Below, in pieces: positions 11,450 through 22,168 of a DNA stretch of 64,000 nt. The stretch comes from Gammaproteobacteria bacterium (GTDB lineage: Bacteria; Pseudomonadota; Gammaproteobacteria; Eutrophobiales; Eutrophobiaceae). The notes under the pieces are model-generated. The model was given only the letters and a program-made list of their open reading frames with translations, made no database searches and was not told the origin of the DNA. Each line of letters begins with the position of its first letter. Position 1 is the first letter of the stretch. Location of the stretch: contig CBDCTH010000012.1 of the NCBI GenBank assembly GCA_965222155.1, positions 672,001 to 736,000 of the forward strand, given 5' to 3'. Both the position numbers and the translations under genes were made by a program.

Positions 11450-11806
11450 ATGGATATCATATACCTGAATGACCTGCGCATTGATACCGTGATAGGTATC
11501 TATGACTGGGAGCGCCGTACAAAACAGACCGTGATCTTCGATATCGAGATGGCTGCCGATATCAGCAAGGCGGCTCAATCAGATAATATCGATGACACTG
11601 TGAGCTACAAGGCGGTGGCGAAACGGCTGATTAGCTACGTCAGTGCGGCGCAGTTCGAGTTGATTGAAACCCTGGCGGAAAAAGTGGCTGGGATACTCCT
11701 GGATGAGTTTAAAGTGCAATGGTGTCGGTTGCGATTGAATAAGCGCGGCGCGGTGCGCGGTGTACGCGACGTGGGCATTATCATAGAACGGGGTAGTAAA
11801 GACTGA
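11450..11806 (+). CDS. folB: Dihydroneopterin aldolase
   Basis: IGIYDWER, LIETLAEK, VGIIIERG. Confidence 0.93.
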   Translation: MDIIYLNDLRIDTVIGIYDWERRTKQTVIFDIEMAADISKAAQSDNIDDTVSYKAVAKRLISYVSAAQFELIETLAEKVAGILLDEFKVQWCRLRLNKRGAVRGVRDVGIIIERGSKD

Positions 11807-11807
11807 A

Positions 11808-12305
11808 ATGGCGCGTATTTTTATCGGCGTCGGCAGTAACCTGGAACGGGAGAAACACATCAGGGCCGGCATCCGGGAAATCAAGGAAATCTTTCATAAT
11901 TTACGGGTATCAACCATTTATGAAAACAAGGCAGTAGGGTTTGCCGGCGCAAATTTTTATAATTTCGTAGTTGGTTGCGATACCGACCTGGAGTTGGATG
12001 AGGTAATCAGCCGGCTCCACCGAATTGAAGATGGACATGGACGCGATCGGAGCCAGCCACACTTCTCATCCCGTACCCTTGACCTGGATTTGTTGTTATA
12101 TAACGATCTGGTGATCAAGACTGAATCAATTCAATTGCCCCGGCCTGACATCGACAAATATGCTTTCGTACTCTGTCCCCTTGCGGAAATAGCTGCCGAA
12201 CAGCGCCATCCCGTCTCCGCTAAAACCTATGCCCACCTATGGTCTGAATTTGACCGGTCAGGGCAGGAATTATGGCCTGTTGAATTTGACCTGGAATTGG
12301 AATAA
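11808..12305 (+). CDS. folK: 2-amino-4-hydroxy-6-hydroxymethyldihydropteridine diphosphokinase
   Basis: GVGSNL, RTLDLDLLLY. Confidence 0.93.
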   Translation: MARIFIGVGSNLEREKHIRAGIREIKEIFHNLRVSTIYENKAVGFAGANFYNFVVGCDTDLELDEVISRLHRIEDGHGRDRSQPHFSSRTLDLDLLLYNDLVIKTESIQLPRPDIDKYAFVLCPLAEIAAEQRHPVSAKTYAHLWSEFDRSGQELWPVEFDLELE

Positions 12306-12353
12306 TGCGCCCCGTCATAGCAGGGATGTGAATAACGCGTAACTTACAGTGGT

Positions 12354-13085
12354 TCATTGAGACAAGCTTCTGCCACCGTCAACGGCCAGAACCTGACCGG
12401 TGATATAATCAGCCTCGGCAATGAGAAAGTGCACCGCCCTGGCTACATCGACAGGCAACCCCCGGCGTTGCAGCGGGATAGCGGACAGTATCGAGTCTTT
12501 CGCTTCTTCACCCATCCCGTCGGGCCAGAGTATGGCGCCGGGAGAGACGGCATTCACGCGCACGTTCGGCGCAAGTTCCTGAGCCAGGGAGCGGGTCAGC
12601 ATAATCAGGCCGGACTTTGCCACGCTGTACATGGAGTGCTGTGGCAACGGTCGACTCCCGTGAATGTCCGTGATATTGATGATGCAACCCTGGGTTTTTT
12701 CCAGGTGAACGGCGGCATGCCTGGCCAGAAACAGCGGCGCTTTGAGGTTTGTGCCGATAATTTCGTCCCAGGTAGGTTCCTTGACTTGCGGTAACAGGGT
12801 CGGATAGAACATGGAAGCGTTATTTACCAGCGCATCCAGGCTGCCGCTGAGTTCAAGCGCCGAGCCGATTACCCAGTCGTAGGAGGACGCCGCCAGCAGG
12901 TCGGCCTGAACGGTACAGGATGAGTCGGCTCGAATATGGTTGAGTTCATCGGCCAACTGGTTAGCCTTCAGCGCGGAGCGGTTGTAATGAATGACCACAT
13001 TGAACTGCTTTGAATGCAGGTAGCGTGCGGCGGCAGCGCCGATACGCTGGGCGGCGCCGGTAATCAGTACTGTTTTACCTGCCAT
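12354..13085 (-). CDS. Pteridine reductase (FolM-like SDR)
   Basis: TGAAQRIG, LVNNAS, YSVAK, VDGGRSL; next to folBK. Confidence 0.88.
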   Translation of the reverse strand: MAGKTVLITGAAQRIGAAAARYLHSKQFNVVIHYNRSALKANQLADELNHIRADSSCTVQADLLAASSYDWVIGSALELSGSLDALVNNASMFYPTLLPQVKEPTWDEIIGTNLKAPLFLARHAAVHLEKTQGCIINITDIHGSRPLPQHSMYSVAKSGLIMLTRSLAQELAPNVRVNAVSPGAILWPDGMGEEAKDSILSAIPLQRRGLPVDVARAVHFLIAEADYITGQVLAVDGGRSLSQ

Positions 13086-13221
13086 TGCCTGGGTATGATG
13101 TAGCCGGATCCAATTAGGAAATTCTGATTTATCCAGTGCTTCCCTGATTGTATGCGCTCAGGACGTTCTCAGATGCACTATTCATACTGACTATTTGACA
13201 ACATATGTACATCCGTTGCAA

Positions 13222-14448
13222 ATGAATGATAACCAGACCAATGGATTGAACCCGGATTGGCAGTTGCCGGTTCCGGTGCGACAGGCCAGGGAGCACAGCC
13301 ATAATCTCACCGAACTGATCCGCGAACAGATTCATGTGAACGGAGGAAACATCAGCTTTGAGCGATATATGGAAATGGCCCTGTATGAGCCCGGCTGGGG
13401 CTATTACAGTGCCGGGGCAACCCGGTTTGGCGAGTCCGGAGATTTTATTACCGCGCCCCATGTCTCTCCCTTGTTTTCCCGTTGTGTGGCCAGGCAGTGC
13501 CGGCAAGTGCTGGCGCCCATGGCATCAGGCGACATCCTGGAAATAGGAGCAGGGTCTGGGGTCATGGCGCAGGACCTGTTGCTCGAACTGGAGGCATTGG
13601 ATACCTTGCCGGATAGCTATTTCATATTGGAGACCAGTGCAGATTTACGCCTGAGGCAGAAACAATTGTATACCTCCCGCATCCCTCATTTATTGCCGCG
13701 CATAAAATGGCTCGACACATTGCCCGAAAAACCCGTTAACGGGGTTATAATCGCCAATGAGGTGATTGATGCGCTGCCGGTAACGCGAGTAGTGCTGGAT
13801 AAGGGAGTATTGCATGAGTTGTGCGTAGGCCATAACGGGGATGAATTTTACTGGATTAAGGCGCCGCGCCCGGCTGATCCGGTCTGCGCATCCTGGGAAA
13901 AGATCGCCGGTTACCTGGTGGCGCCGCTTCCCGAACCCTTTGTGACGGAGATTAGCCTGCGTGTTGATGCCTGGATCAGATCTATCTCTGAGACACTTGA
14001 ACAGGGAGTCATGTTATTGATCGATTACGGTTACCCGAGGCAGGAGTATTACCACCCGCAAAGAGGTGGGGGAACCTTACTTTGCCATTACCGGCATCGC
14101 TTCCATGACGATCCGTTCTTTTTTCCGGGGCTACAGGATATCACGGCGTCCGTGGACTTCACTGCACTGGCGCAGTCTGCCCTGGACAACGGAATGCAAC
14201 TGGCAGGTTATACCAGCCAGGCCCATTTTCTCATCGGCTGCGGCCTGGCTGAAATAGCCGCGGCTTTGCAAAATGATAAAGGCTGTCCTGAGCCCGCCGT
14301 TTCCGGACAGGTAAAGCGCCTGACCCTGCCGGGGGAAATGGGTGAACGCTTCAAGGCCATCGCATTTACCAGGAATTTCCCGGAGCCATTGATGGGATTT
14401 CAATTCATCGACCAACAGGAACGACTGTGGAAAAAGGGGTATGGCTGA
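13222..14448 (+). CDS. SAM-dependent methyltransferase, MidA/NDUFAF7 family
   Basis: GDFITAP, LEIGAGSG, ANEVIDALP, IDYG, QDITASVDF; start codon uncertain. Confidence 0.88.
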   Translation: MNDNQTNGLNPDWQLPVPVRQAREHSHNLTELIREQIHVNGGNISFERYMEMALYEPGWGYYSAGATRFGESGDFITAPHVSPLFSRCVARQCRQVLAPMASGDILEIGAGSGVMAQDLLLELEALDTLPDSYFILETSADLRLRQKQLYTSRIPHLLPRIKWLDTLPEKPVNGVIIANEVIDALPVTRVVLDKGVLHELCVGHNGDEFYWIKAPRPADPVCASWEKIAGYLVAPLPEPFVTEISLRVDAWIRSISETLEQGVMLLIDYGYPRQEYYHPQRGGGTLLCHYRHRFHDDPFFFPGLQDITASVDFTALAQSALDNGMQLAGYTSQAHFLIGCGLAEIAAALQNDKGCPEPAVSGQVKRLTLPGEMGERFKAIAFTRNFPEPLMGFQFIDQQERLWKKGYG

Positions 14449-14493
14449 AAATGTATTCATGCCCCGTAGCCATTTGTATGCGAAAGCAGAGAA

Positions 14494-14569
14494 GTGGCAC
14501 ACAGCCTGCCCCTGCATGCTGTAAGCAGGGGGACGTGCCGTTGACGGACCAAAGGATGGAAATCCAGTC
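14494..14569. repeat. Small palindromic insert module
   Basis: Reverse complement of 52263-52338; contains AGCCTGCCCCTG...CAGGGGG. Confidence 0.75.
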
Positions 14570-14637
14570 AATTCCATAATTCCTTATAATAAAAGAAAGG
14601 CCACTTAACCATTAAAATAATATAGACGGACTACCAT

Positions 14638-15429
14638 GTGGACATTCTGCAATCAATAATCCTGGGTTTGCTGCAAGGACTCACCGAGTTCCTGCCCATA
14701 AGCAGTTCGGCCCACCTTATCCTGTTGCCGAAACTGCTGGACTGGGCGGACCAGGGCCTGTTGTACGACGTTGCCGCGCATTTCGGCAGCCTGCTGGCGC
14801 TGCTCATCTATTTCAGGCAGGACCTGCAGAAGATGGTCGTCGGATGGGCAAACTCATTCAGCAACGGGCAGAATGCCGAAGCAAATCTGGTCTGGTCATT
14901 GATCATTGCCACCATACCGATCTGTCTGGCCGGTTTGTTTTTTCATCGTGTGGTTGATCTCCTGCGCGAACCCTTAATCATCGCCGGCGCAACGGTGCTG
15001 TTCGGTTTGCTGCTCTGGTGGGCGGACAGCTCCGGTAAACGCCGGCGACGTCTGGATGATTTCCGGCTCAGAGACGCCGTAGTAATAGGCTTGTTTCAAA
15101 TTTTGGCCATGATCCCCGGCACATCACGCTCGGGCATCACGATCACCGCAGGATTGATGCTGGGCCTGGAGAGAGAAGCCGCCAGTCGATTTTCCTTTTT
15201 ATTGGCAATTCCAACCATACTGCTGGCATCAGGCTATGAACTGTTCAACGTGTCTTTCTACGGAATACAAGTGGATTGGGTTGCCTTGTTAACAGTTATG
15301 GTCGTCTCGTTTATCAGTGCATATGCAGCGATACATTATTTCCTGAAACTCATTGAACGCACCGGTATGTTGCCTTATGTCATCTATCGGTTAATCCTGG
15401 GCTGCATTTTATTTGCGCTATTTATATAG
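14638..15429 (+). CDS. uppP: Undecaprenyl-diphosphatase
   Basis: QGLTEFLPISSSAH, PGTSRSG, FSFLLAIP. Confidence 0.95.
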   Translation: MDILQSIILGLLQGLTEFLPISSSAHLILLPKLLDWADQGLLYDVAAHFGSLLALLIYFRQDLQKMVVGWANSFSNGQNAEANLVWSLIIATIPICLAGLFFHRVVDLLREPLIIAGATVLFGLLLWWADSSGKRRRRLDDFRLRDAVVIGLFQILAMIPGTSRSGITITAGLMLGLEREAASRFSFLLAIPTILLASGYELFNVSFYGIQVDWVALLTVMVVSFISAYAAIHYFLKLIERTGMLPYVIYRLILGCILFALFI

Positions 15430-15438
15430 CGTGACAAG

Positions 15439-15837
15439 TTATTCCCGCAGAAAAGCCTCATCAACGGGGACCTGCATCCCGCTGGCAAGTCCGTTATTCT
15501 GTTGCGCCAGCGCAATGACGGCAAGCAGTTCCCCGTGCTGTGCTTCACTCATGCCTTTGCCGGCGGCCGCGCTGGTATGTGAATGCACACAGTATTCGCA
15601 GGCATTGGCAACCGAGACCGCAATATAGATCATCTCCTTGGTCAGCGCGTCGATCTCCCCCGGCGCCATCACTTCCTTTGCGCCGCACCAGACACGCTTC
15701 AGCGTAGCCGGGTGATTGGCCAGGGCTTTCCAGAAGTTGTTGATGTAGTCAGTCTGCCGGGTTCGCCGGATGTCGTCATAAACGGCTCTCACCTCAGCAT
15801 CCGCCTCATCGTATTCAATCAGTTTTACCGTAGACAT
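15439..15837 (-). CDS. Carboxymuconolactone decarboxylase/AhpD-like protein
   Basis: EMIYIAVSVANACEYCVHSH motif. Confidence 0.88.
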   Translation of the reverse strand: MSTVKLIEYDEADAEVRAVYDDIRRTRQTDYINNFWKALANHPATLKRVWCGAKEVMAPGEIDALTKEMIYIAVSVANACEYCVHSHTSAAAGKGMSEAQHGELLAVIALAQQNNGLASGMQVPVDEAFLRE

Positions 15838-15899
15838 GAAAGGATTCCCCCTTATTGAAATAACAGGATTATAATCCAGGTCCGACGCCAGACCGACTG

Positions 15900-17120
15900 T
15901 TATACCACTCCTTGCTCCTTAACCTCCTTAATCGCCTCGATCCGTCGGGCGCGGATGTGCTCCGCAATCTGTGTGCCTTTCAGTCCTTGCGTATCCAGTG
16001 ATTTTGTATTAATGGACAAGCAGGCTGCGCGGTATTTCATGAATAGCTCAGCTTGCCGGTAGTCCCGCTGTTCCAGGCCCTTGCGTCCCCGCGCATCGGC
16101 TTCGCAGGCAAGCAGGAACTGGGCAAACCGATCCGGACGGCGGAAGGCGTCGAGCCCTTCGAGTTTGCCGAGGATTACGGCGGGGCTCATTTCATCGATA
16201 CGGTGACAGTTGAGGTGGTAGCGAGCAACAATGGTCGCGAGGTCCTTATACCTGTTGGGAATCCGCAGGCGTTCACACAGATCGCTTATCAATTCAACTC
16301 CGCGCGTTCCATGACCGTGATGACTGGGCCATATCTTTTGTGGTGTCGTAGCCTTGCCCAGGTCGTGCACCAGGGCGGCAAAACGTACTTCCGTGTCGGT
16401 GGAGAGTTTTGTCGCTTGTTCCAGCACCATCAACGTATGAAGGCCGCAGTCGATTTCCGGATGATAGCGCTCCGGTTGCGGAATCCCGAACAGGCGGTCA
16501 ATTTCCGGAAACAACCTGACCAGCGCGTTGCATTCCCTGAGTACTTCGAAATAGCGTCGCGGTTGCGGGGCCTTCAAGGCCTTTTCGGTTTCCAGCCAGA
16601 TGCGCTCCGGTGCCAGTGTTTCCAGTTCATTCGCGGCGCTGAGTTCTTTTAATAGTGATAGTGTCTCTTCGGCAACAGGGAAATTCAGTTGCGCGGCAAA
16701 CCTGGCGACCCGCAGCACCCGTAACGGGTCTTCGACAAAAGCCGCCGAGACGTGGCGAATGATCTTTCTCTCCAGGTCTTTCAGGCCGTTGAACGGGTCT
16801 ATCAGATTACCGTTTTCATCCCTGGCGATGGCGTTGATGGTGATATCCCGGCGCTGCAAGTCCTGTTCCAGGGTAATCTCGCCCGAGGTATCAAAAACAA
16901 AGCCCCTGTAACCCGGGCCTGTCTTGCGTTCGGTACGCGCCAGGGCATACTCCTCCCCGGTATCCGGGTGGATAAAAACGGGGAAATCCTTGCCGACCGT
17001 CTTATATCCCAGCGCCGTCATTTCCTCGGGCGTGCTGCCGACTACGACCCAGTCGCGATCTTTCACCTCGAGCCCCAGGAGTTCGTCCCGTACCGCGCCG
17101 CCGACCTGATAAATCTGCAT
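15900..17120 (-). CDS. cca: Multifunctional CCA-adding enzyme
   Basis: VGGAVRD, DRDWV, DLQRRDITINA, EDPLRVLRVARF, HD domain. Confidence 0.96.
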   Translation of the reverse strand: MQIYQVGGAVRDELLGLEVKDRDWVVVGSTPEEMTALGYKTVGKDFPVFIHPDTGEEYALARTERKTGPGYRGFVFDTSGEITLEQDLQRRDITINAIARDENGNLIDPFNGLKDLERKIIRHVSAAFVEDPLRVLRVARFAAQLNFPVAEETLSLLKELSAANELETLAPERIWLETEKALKAPQPRRYFEVLRECNALVRLFPEIDRLFGIPQPERYHPEIDCGLHTLMVLEQATKLSTDTEVRFAALVHDLGKATTPQKIWPSHHGHGTRGVELISDLCERLRIPNRYKDLATIVARYHLNCHRIDEMSPAVILGKLEGLDAFRRPDRFAQFLLACEADARGRKGLEQRDYRQAELFMKYRAACLSINTKSLDTQGLKGTQIAEHIRARRIEAIKEVKEQGVV

Positions 17121-17129
17121 GAGAAAAAG

Positions 17130-18050
17130 TTACAGTGTTTCCAGGTACTTGACCATGCGTTTTCGCAGTCCCGCATCCGGCACGCGACCCTTGCCTCCGG
17201 CCATGTTGTCCAGTACGTGCCTGACCCTGGTGGTGGCCGGGATGATACAGGTTGCGGCCGGATGGCCGGCTATGAATTTCAGGAAAAATTGTCCCCAACT
17301 GGCGCAATCGATCTCCCCGGCCCAGTCCGGCAAGGGCTTTCCCTTGACTTTGCGGAATAAATCGCCCCGTTGATAGGGGCGATTAATGATCGTGGCAATG
17401 CCCCTGTCCAGGGCCAGCGGCAGCAACCGCTCATCGGTAGTCCGGTTGGCGATGTTGTAACTCAGTTGGATAAAATCCAGCGGTTCCGTTTTCATGATGG
17501 CTTCCAGTTCTTCATGAAAGCGGCCGTGTGAAGTGGTGATGCCCAGGTAACGTATGCGGCCTTGTTCCTTCCATTCTCTCAGGGTCTTGATATGGATTTT
17601 CCAGTCGCGCAGGTTGTGGATCTGCATGAGGTCCATCTTCTCGACTCCCATGAGTTGCATGGATTCGTTCATCTGGAGAATGCCCGCTTCCCGCCCGTCA
17701 GTCCAGACCTTGGTTGCGGCAAACAACGCGGCGCTGTTTTGCGTAGTTTTCAGCAACTCACCCACAATGCCTTCCGCCGGACCGTACATGGGGGATGAAT
17801 CGATCATCTGGCCGCCGTGGTCGAAAAATACCTGCATAACCTCACCGAGTTGTTCCATGGGCGTGGCATGGGTAAAGGTGCGCGAGGTGCCCAGGCCCAT
17901 GATCGAAATTTCCTCGCCGCCGGCGGGGATGATGCGTTTGATAACATCAGTGGTCATGGCAGATAACATCCCGGGTATAACGCTGACTGCAACAGGAGCG
18001 GTCCAGGCATGCTTGATAAAGTTGCGCCGTGATAGTGTGAGATTTTTCAT
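17130..18050 (-). CDS. Aldo/keto reductase with Tat-like signal
   Basis: SRRNFIK leader; IDSSPMYG, ATKVW, DLMQIHN. Confidence 0.88.
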   Translation of the reverse strand: MKNLTLSRRNFIKHAWTAPVAVSVIPGMLSAMTTDVIKRIIPAGGEEISIMGLGTSRTFTHATPMEQLGEVMQVFFDHGGQMIDSSPMYGPAEGIVGELLKTTQNSAALFAATKVWTDGREAGILQMNESMQLMGVEKMDLMQIHNLRDWKIHIKTLREWKEQGRIRYLGITTSHGRFHEELEAIMKTEPLDFIQLSYNIANRTTDERLLPLALDRGIATIINRPYQRGDLFRKVKGKPLPDWAGEIDCASWGQFFLKFIAGHPAATCIIPATTRVRHVLDNMAGGKGRVPDAGLRKRMVKYLETL

Positions 18051-18065
18051 ATCGGGTCACCAGAT

Positions 18066-19367
18066 TCAATTTGTACTGCTATGCAAACGGTCGTGATCAT
18101 AGGCGCTTCCTATGAATACTGCCACGATTGCCCATACTAGCGCAATACCCGTGCCGGCCAGGGCAATTCCCGCCAGTCCCAGTCCGAACCCCTGAGCCAG
18201 ACCGGTATAGGCCCAACCACTCAGCATGTCACCGCCCCGGTATACCACAATGTCTATCACGGGTTTTGTCTTGAAGCGGGTTTCACGGCTCACCAGGGTA
18301 AACAGCATTTCCCGGCCGGGCCGGGTGATGGCATAGTTGCCGGCCCGGCGCACGATTTGCAGGCCCATCAGCACCATAAGCAGGGGGGAAAGCGCCACGA
18401 CCAGCCAGCCGGCGACGATAATAACGGGCACAATCGACAAGGTGACGGTCAACCCGAAGCGGATGGCCAGGCGATTGGTGGCAAACATGGCGGTAACAAT
18501 GGCAAGGGAATTAACGATCAAATCCATCATGCCCCAGTATTGTGAACGGGTAGCCCGATCGAATTCGGCCAGCATATTTTTCAGTTCAAAATAGACAAAT
18601 GTGCTCATGAACGTGTAAAGCAGGATGAACAAGCCGATCCCCAGCAGGTAGCGGTTACTGAAAAAGTCAACGAAACCGGAGAAGGGATTGCCTCCTATGG
18701 TCGCCCGGTCAGCCTGATCCGTGCTGATACTTTCATGATACAAGTCCTCCCGTTTCAGCTTCTCCATATACGTGATCAACGGAATGATCAGCAGCAGCAA
18801 CGCAGCAGCGAGCAGGATCAGGTTATAAACGCCTATCGCCGCTGAGAAAAAAACCGGAATAACGGGTCCGGCAACTGCGCCGATACTGGCGCCGGATGCA
18901 ATAAAACCGAACAGCCTTCTTCCCTGATCCTTTGAGAACGTATCCGCCATGAAACTCCAGAACACCGAGACATGAAACAGGCTGAAGACGCTGAGCCAGA
19001 CGTAAAACGCCTTATCGATGAAGACCGGGTTGTCCACAATCCGCGTGCCCAGGTAGAACGCCAGAAAGGATAAGGAGAAAAAGCCGTATACACCGGGGAC
19101 AAGGCGCCTGAACCTGACCTTTGTTATGGCGCTGCCATATACGGCGACTGCGAGCATGCTGATTACAAAGGTGGCAGTCCACAACCAGCTTAACTCCGCA
19201 TCGGACCAGTCACTGGCCATTGCGTCGCGAACCGGGCGCAGGGTGTAATACGCCACCATCAGGGTGAACATAAAGATGAACGACGTGAACGCAGCCCTGA
19301 TCTCATGGGCCTCGATCTTGAGCAGCAGTCTTATAACTCCGTTTACCCCGGAATCTCCCATTGGCAA
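18066..19367 (-). CDS. MFS transporter, NTP/ADP exchanger-like
   Basis: YYTLRPVRDAM, FWSFMAD, RPGREMLFT, VVYRGGD; multiple TM segments. Confidence 0.82.
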   Translation of the reverse strand: MPMGDSGVNGVIRLLLKIEAHEIRAAFTSFIFMFTLMVAYYTLRPVRDAMASDWSDAELSWLWTATFVISMLAVAVYGSAITKVRFRRLVPGVYGFFSLSFLAFYLGTRIVDNPVFIDKAFYVWLSVFSLFHVSVFWSFMADTFSKDQGRRLFGFIASGASIGAVAGPVIPVFFSAAIGVYNLILLAAALLLLIIPLITYMEKLKREDLYHESISTDQADRATIGGNPFSGFVDFFSNRYLLGIGLFILLYTFMSTFVYFELKNMLAEFDRATRSQYWGMMDLIVNSLAIVTAMFATNRLAIRFGLTVTLSIVPVIIVAGWLVVALSPLLMVLMGLQIVRRAGNYAITRPGREMLFTLVSRETRFKTKPVIDIVVYRGGDMLSGWAYTGLAQGFGLGLAGIALAGTGIALVWAIVAVFIGSAYDHDRLHSSTN

Positions 19368-19445
19368 TATTTCGTGTATTTTGACAAGATAATAGTTTAC
19401 AGGTAGAACACACTAATAGTCAGAGCTATTGACGCGCCCAGGATA

Positions 19446-19865
19446 ATGATGAACAAAATTTCAAACATTCCGTATATTTCAGACTCTTTTTTTGAGTATG
19501 AGAAACGTATCTGGCAGAATATCTGGTTGCTGGCAGGACATGAAGCTGATGTAAACGAAAATGGGAAATTTATTACATTTGACCTGAGTGCAATTAATGT
19601 TTCTGTCGTCATATTGCGGCAGAGCAGCGACAAATTAAGCGCATTCTACAATATTTGTCCACATCGTAATGGCCGCCTGGCGACCCGGAATGCCTTGACG
19701 GAGGATTGGCCGGTCGTGGAATGGGCGCATCAAAACATGCGTGCGGGTGTAACTGACAAAAGTACTATCGGATCGGATATGGAAACGACGGTAATCGCGC
19801 ATTACGTGAAATTACTGAAGTATCTCGGTCTAAGCGAAGACGAGCTACAAAATGAATACGCCTGA
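19446..19865 (+). pseudogene. Internally deleted Rieske ring-hydroxylating oxygenase alpha subunit
   Basis: N-terminal part up to CPHR joined directly to C-terminal EDWPVVE segment; second Rieske CxxH motif absent. Confidence 0.65.
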
Positions 19866-20196
19866 TTTTTCAGATTTGAAAGAGTTTATTGACGAATGGG
19901 GATACGCAGATGCCCATCACCGTTTGAATAAAAGGTCCGATGCGGATTTTTCCGATATAAAAAAGTTTTATGATGCCGTTGTTCCACGTATTGAAGAAAT
20001 CATAGAGTTCCTGAACCGGTTCCCTGTCAACGACATACCCGAACAGTTCAAACCGCTTGCTTACATGGCGCTGGCTGCCTGTGAGGTAGACGACCCCGTG
20101 AATATTTGGGAGGCGTCTGAATTAATGTACATATCCAACTCAAAAGACTGGCGCGTCAAGAAGAGTTTTTATGATTACAACAGCGAATTTACGTGA
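19852..20196 (+). CDS. Hypothetical protein
   Basis: 114-aa ORF overlapping the preceding stop, natural-looking composition. Confidence 0.6.
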   Translation: MNTPDFSDLKEFIDEWGYADAHHRLNKRSDADFSDIKKFYDAVVPRIEEIIEFLNRFPVNDIPEQFKPLAYMALAACEVDDPVNIWEASELMYISNSKDWRVKKSFYDYNSEFT

Positions 20197-20279
20197 TATT
20201 CAACTTGTTTATGATGGACACGTTCGAATTCGAAAGTATGCGGTTGTCCCATTGATAAAAAATTGGCCTGTTTCTGACT

Positions 20280-20648
20280 TTGTTTGATTCAACTACGCCG
20301 GATCAAGACAGCGGTCTTGAAGATGCCGTCTTTGCCGTCAAGGGTAAAAAGCTGCTCTGCCGGGATTGCCGGCACGTTATTACCTATGACAATCAGGAAA
20401 CAACGCGGCAGGGACAGTTTATTCATTACCGCACCAACCCTGCCGGTTATACGTACGAATTCTGCTGTTATGCAACCGCGCCGGGGTGCTCAACCCTGGG
20501 GGTGGCGACGAGCATGCACACCTGGTTCCCGGGCTATAGCTGGAAACTCGCCGCCTGTCAGTCCTGTGCCGCACACCTTGGCTGGCTGTTCGAGGGTGAT
20601 GCTTCATTTTATGGTTTGATCCGGAACAGGTTGGTTCCGGAAGAGTAA
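20280..20648 (+). CDS. Cereblon-like (CULT/Yippee zinc-binding) protein
   Basis: CRDC...NPAG...TWFPGYSW...CQSCAAHLGW...FYGLI; start uncertain. Confidence 0.88.
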   Translation: MFDSTTPDQDSGLEDAVFAVKGKKLLCRDCRHVITYDNQETTRQGQFIHYRTNPAGYTYEFCCYATAPGCSTLGVATSMHTWFPGYSWKLAACQSCAAHLGWLFEGDASFYGLIRNRLVPEE

Positions 20649-20802
20649 ATTCTACGCATTTCACCCGGCTTTCACCTGAATGTGCAGTATAATGGCTCCT
20701 CCCCCAGCCCGCAGATGGCAGTCGCGCCTGTATATCATGGCAGCCTGTATCTGCTTTGTTTTTTTGGGTTGGAGAGGAACCTGAGGACTCTGGTAGCTAA
20801 AT

Positions 20803-22029
20803 ATGGATAATAAATTACATACAAACGAAACCCGTTCCGATAATACCGTTCAAGGGGCATTGGAAGGCGTGCGTGTTCTCGAACTCGGTCAACTTATTGC
20901 CGGTCCGTTCTGCGGACAGTTATTTGCAGACCTGGGCGCAGAGGTGATTAAGATAGAATTACCCGGAAGGGGCGACCCTATGCGGGATTGGGGTAGAGGG
21001 GAACCCCTGTGGTGGCCGGTAATCGCCCGTAACAAGAAATGTATCACCTTGGACGTAAGAACCGAACAAGGCAATGCCATTATCGGAGAACTGGTTGAGC
21101 AAGCGGATATTGTCCTGGAGAACTTCAGACCGGGCACCATGGAGAAATGGGGACTGGGTTACGCCGATCTGGCCAGGATCAACAAGGGCATTATCATGGT
21201 CAGGGTATCCGGCTATGGTCAACATGGTCCTTATTCGGAGCGAGCCGGTTATGGGGGCATCGGCGAAGCCATGGGGGGGTTGCGTTATATCGTCGGCGAT
21301 CCTTCTACGCCGCCAAGTCGCGTCGGCATCAGTATAGGCGATACGCTCGCCGCCATGTTCGCTACCATCGGGGCCTTGTCGGCGCTGCAATTTCGCCAAC
21401 GTACCGGGCAGGGGCAGGTCGTTGATTCGGCTATTTATGAAGCGGTGCTGGGCGTAATGGAGTCCATGGTTCCGGAATACAACCAGCTTGGTATCATCAG
21501 GGAGCGCACCGGTTCGATATTGGAGAAAATTGCTCCGTCGAACGTCTATCCCACGGCGGATAACGATATGATCATCATGGGGGCCAATCAGGACTCAGTG
21601 TTTGCCCGTCTGTGTGAGGCCATGCAACAACCGGAACTGGCAGCGGATGAGAGATTCAGCACCCACATAGCCCGCGGAAAAAACCAGGCAGAACTGGATG
21701 AGTTGATCTTTGCCTGGTCAATAAAATTTACGGCTGATGACCTGCTGGCGCTGCTGGAAAAACACGCTGTGCCGGCGGGACGGATTTATCGCGTCCCCGA
21801 TATGTTGAATGATGAACATTTCAGCGCTCGGGAAAGCATAGTAGACGTGGGCCATCCGAAATATGACAACCTGAAAATGCAAAACGTGTTTCCCCGGTTG
21901 TCGGCCACACCCGGTAACATAAAATGGACCGGTCCTGAGTTGGGGCAACACAACCAGGAAATCTACCAGGAGTTGCTCGACTACAGCCCCTCTGACCTGG
22001 AACGCATGAGTCAGGACAAGATCATATAA
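20803..22029 (+). CDS. CaiB/BaiF family (class III) CoA-transferase
   Basis: LIAGPF, DLGAEVIKIE, RNKK, ENFRPG, SGYGQHGP, GDTLAA. Confidence 0.92.
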   Translation: MDNKLHTNETRSDNTVQGALEGVRVLELGQLIAGPFCGQLFADLGAEVIKIELPGRGDPMRDWGRGEPLWWPVIARNKKCITLDVRTEQGNAIIGELVEQADIVLENFRPGTMEKWGLGYADLARINKGIIMVRVSGYGQHGPYSERAGYGGIGEAMGGLRYIVGDPSTPPSRVGISIGDTLAAMFATIGALSALQFRQRTGQGQVVDSAIYEAVLGVMESMVPEYNQLGIIRERTGSILEKIAPSNVYPTADNDMIIMGANQDSVFARLCEAMQQPELAADERFSTHIARGKNQAELDELIFAWSIKFTADDLLALLEKHAVPAGRIYRVPDMLNDEHFSARESIVDVGHPKYDNLKMQNVFPRLSATPGNIKWTGPELGQHNQEIYQELLDYSPSDLERMSQDKII

Positions 22030-22168
22030 GGACGGTTTATCTACTGGATACTGGTATTCACCAGTATGACGGCGAAGGACTTCGTCATGACAGCGAGGGA
22101 CTTCGTCATGCCGGACAGGGATTGTCCGGTATCCAGTCACAGGGACGTAAAGGTCGGGGGGAGCAGGC

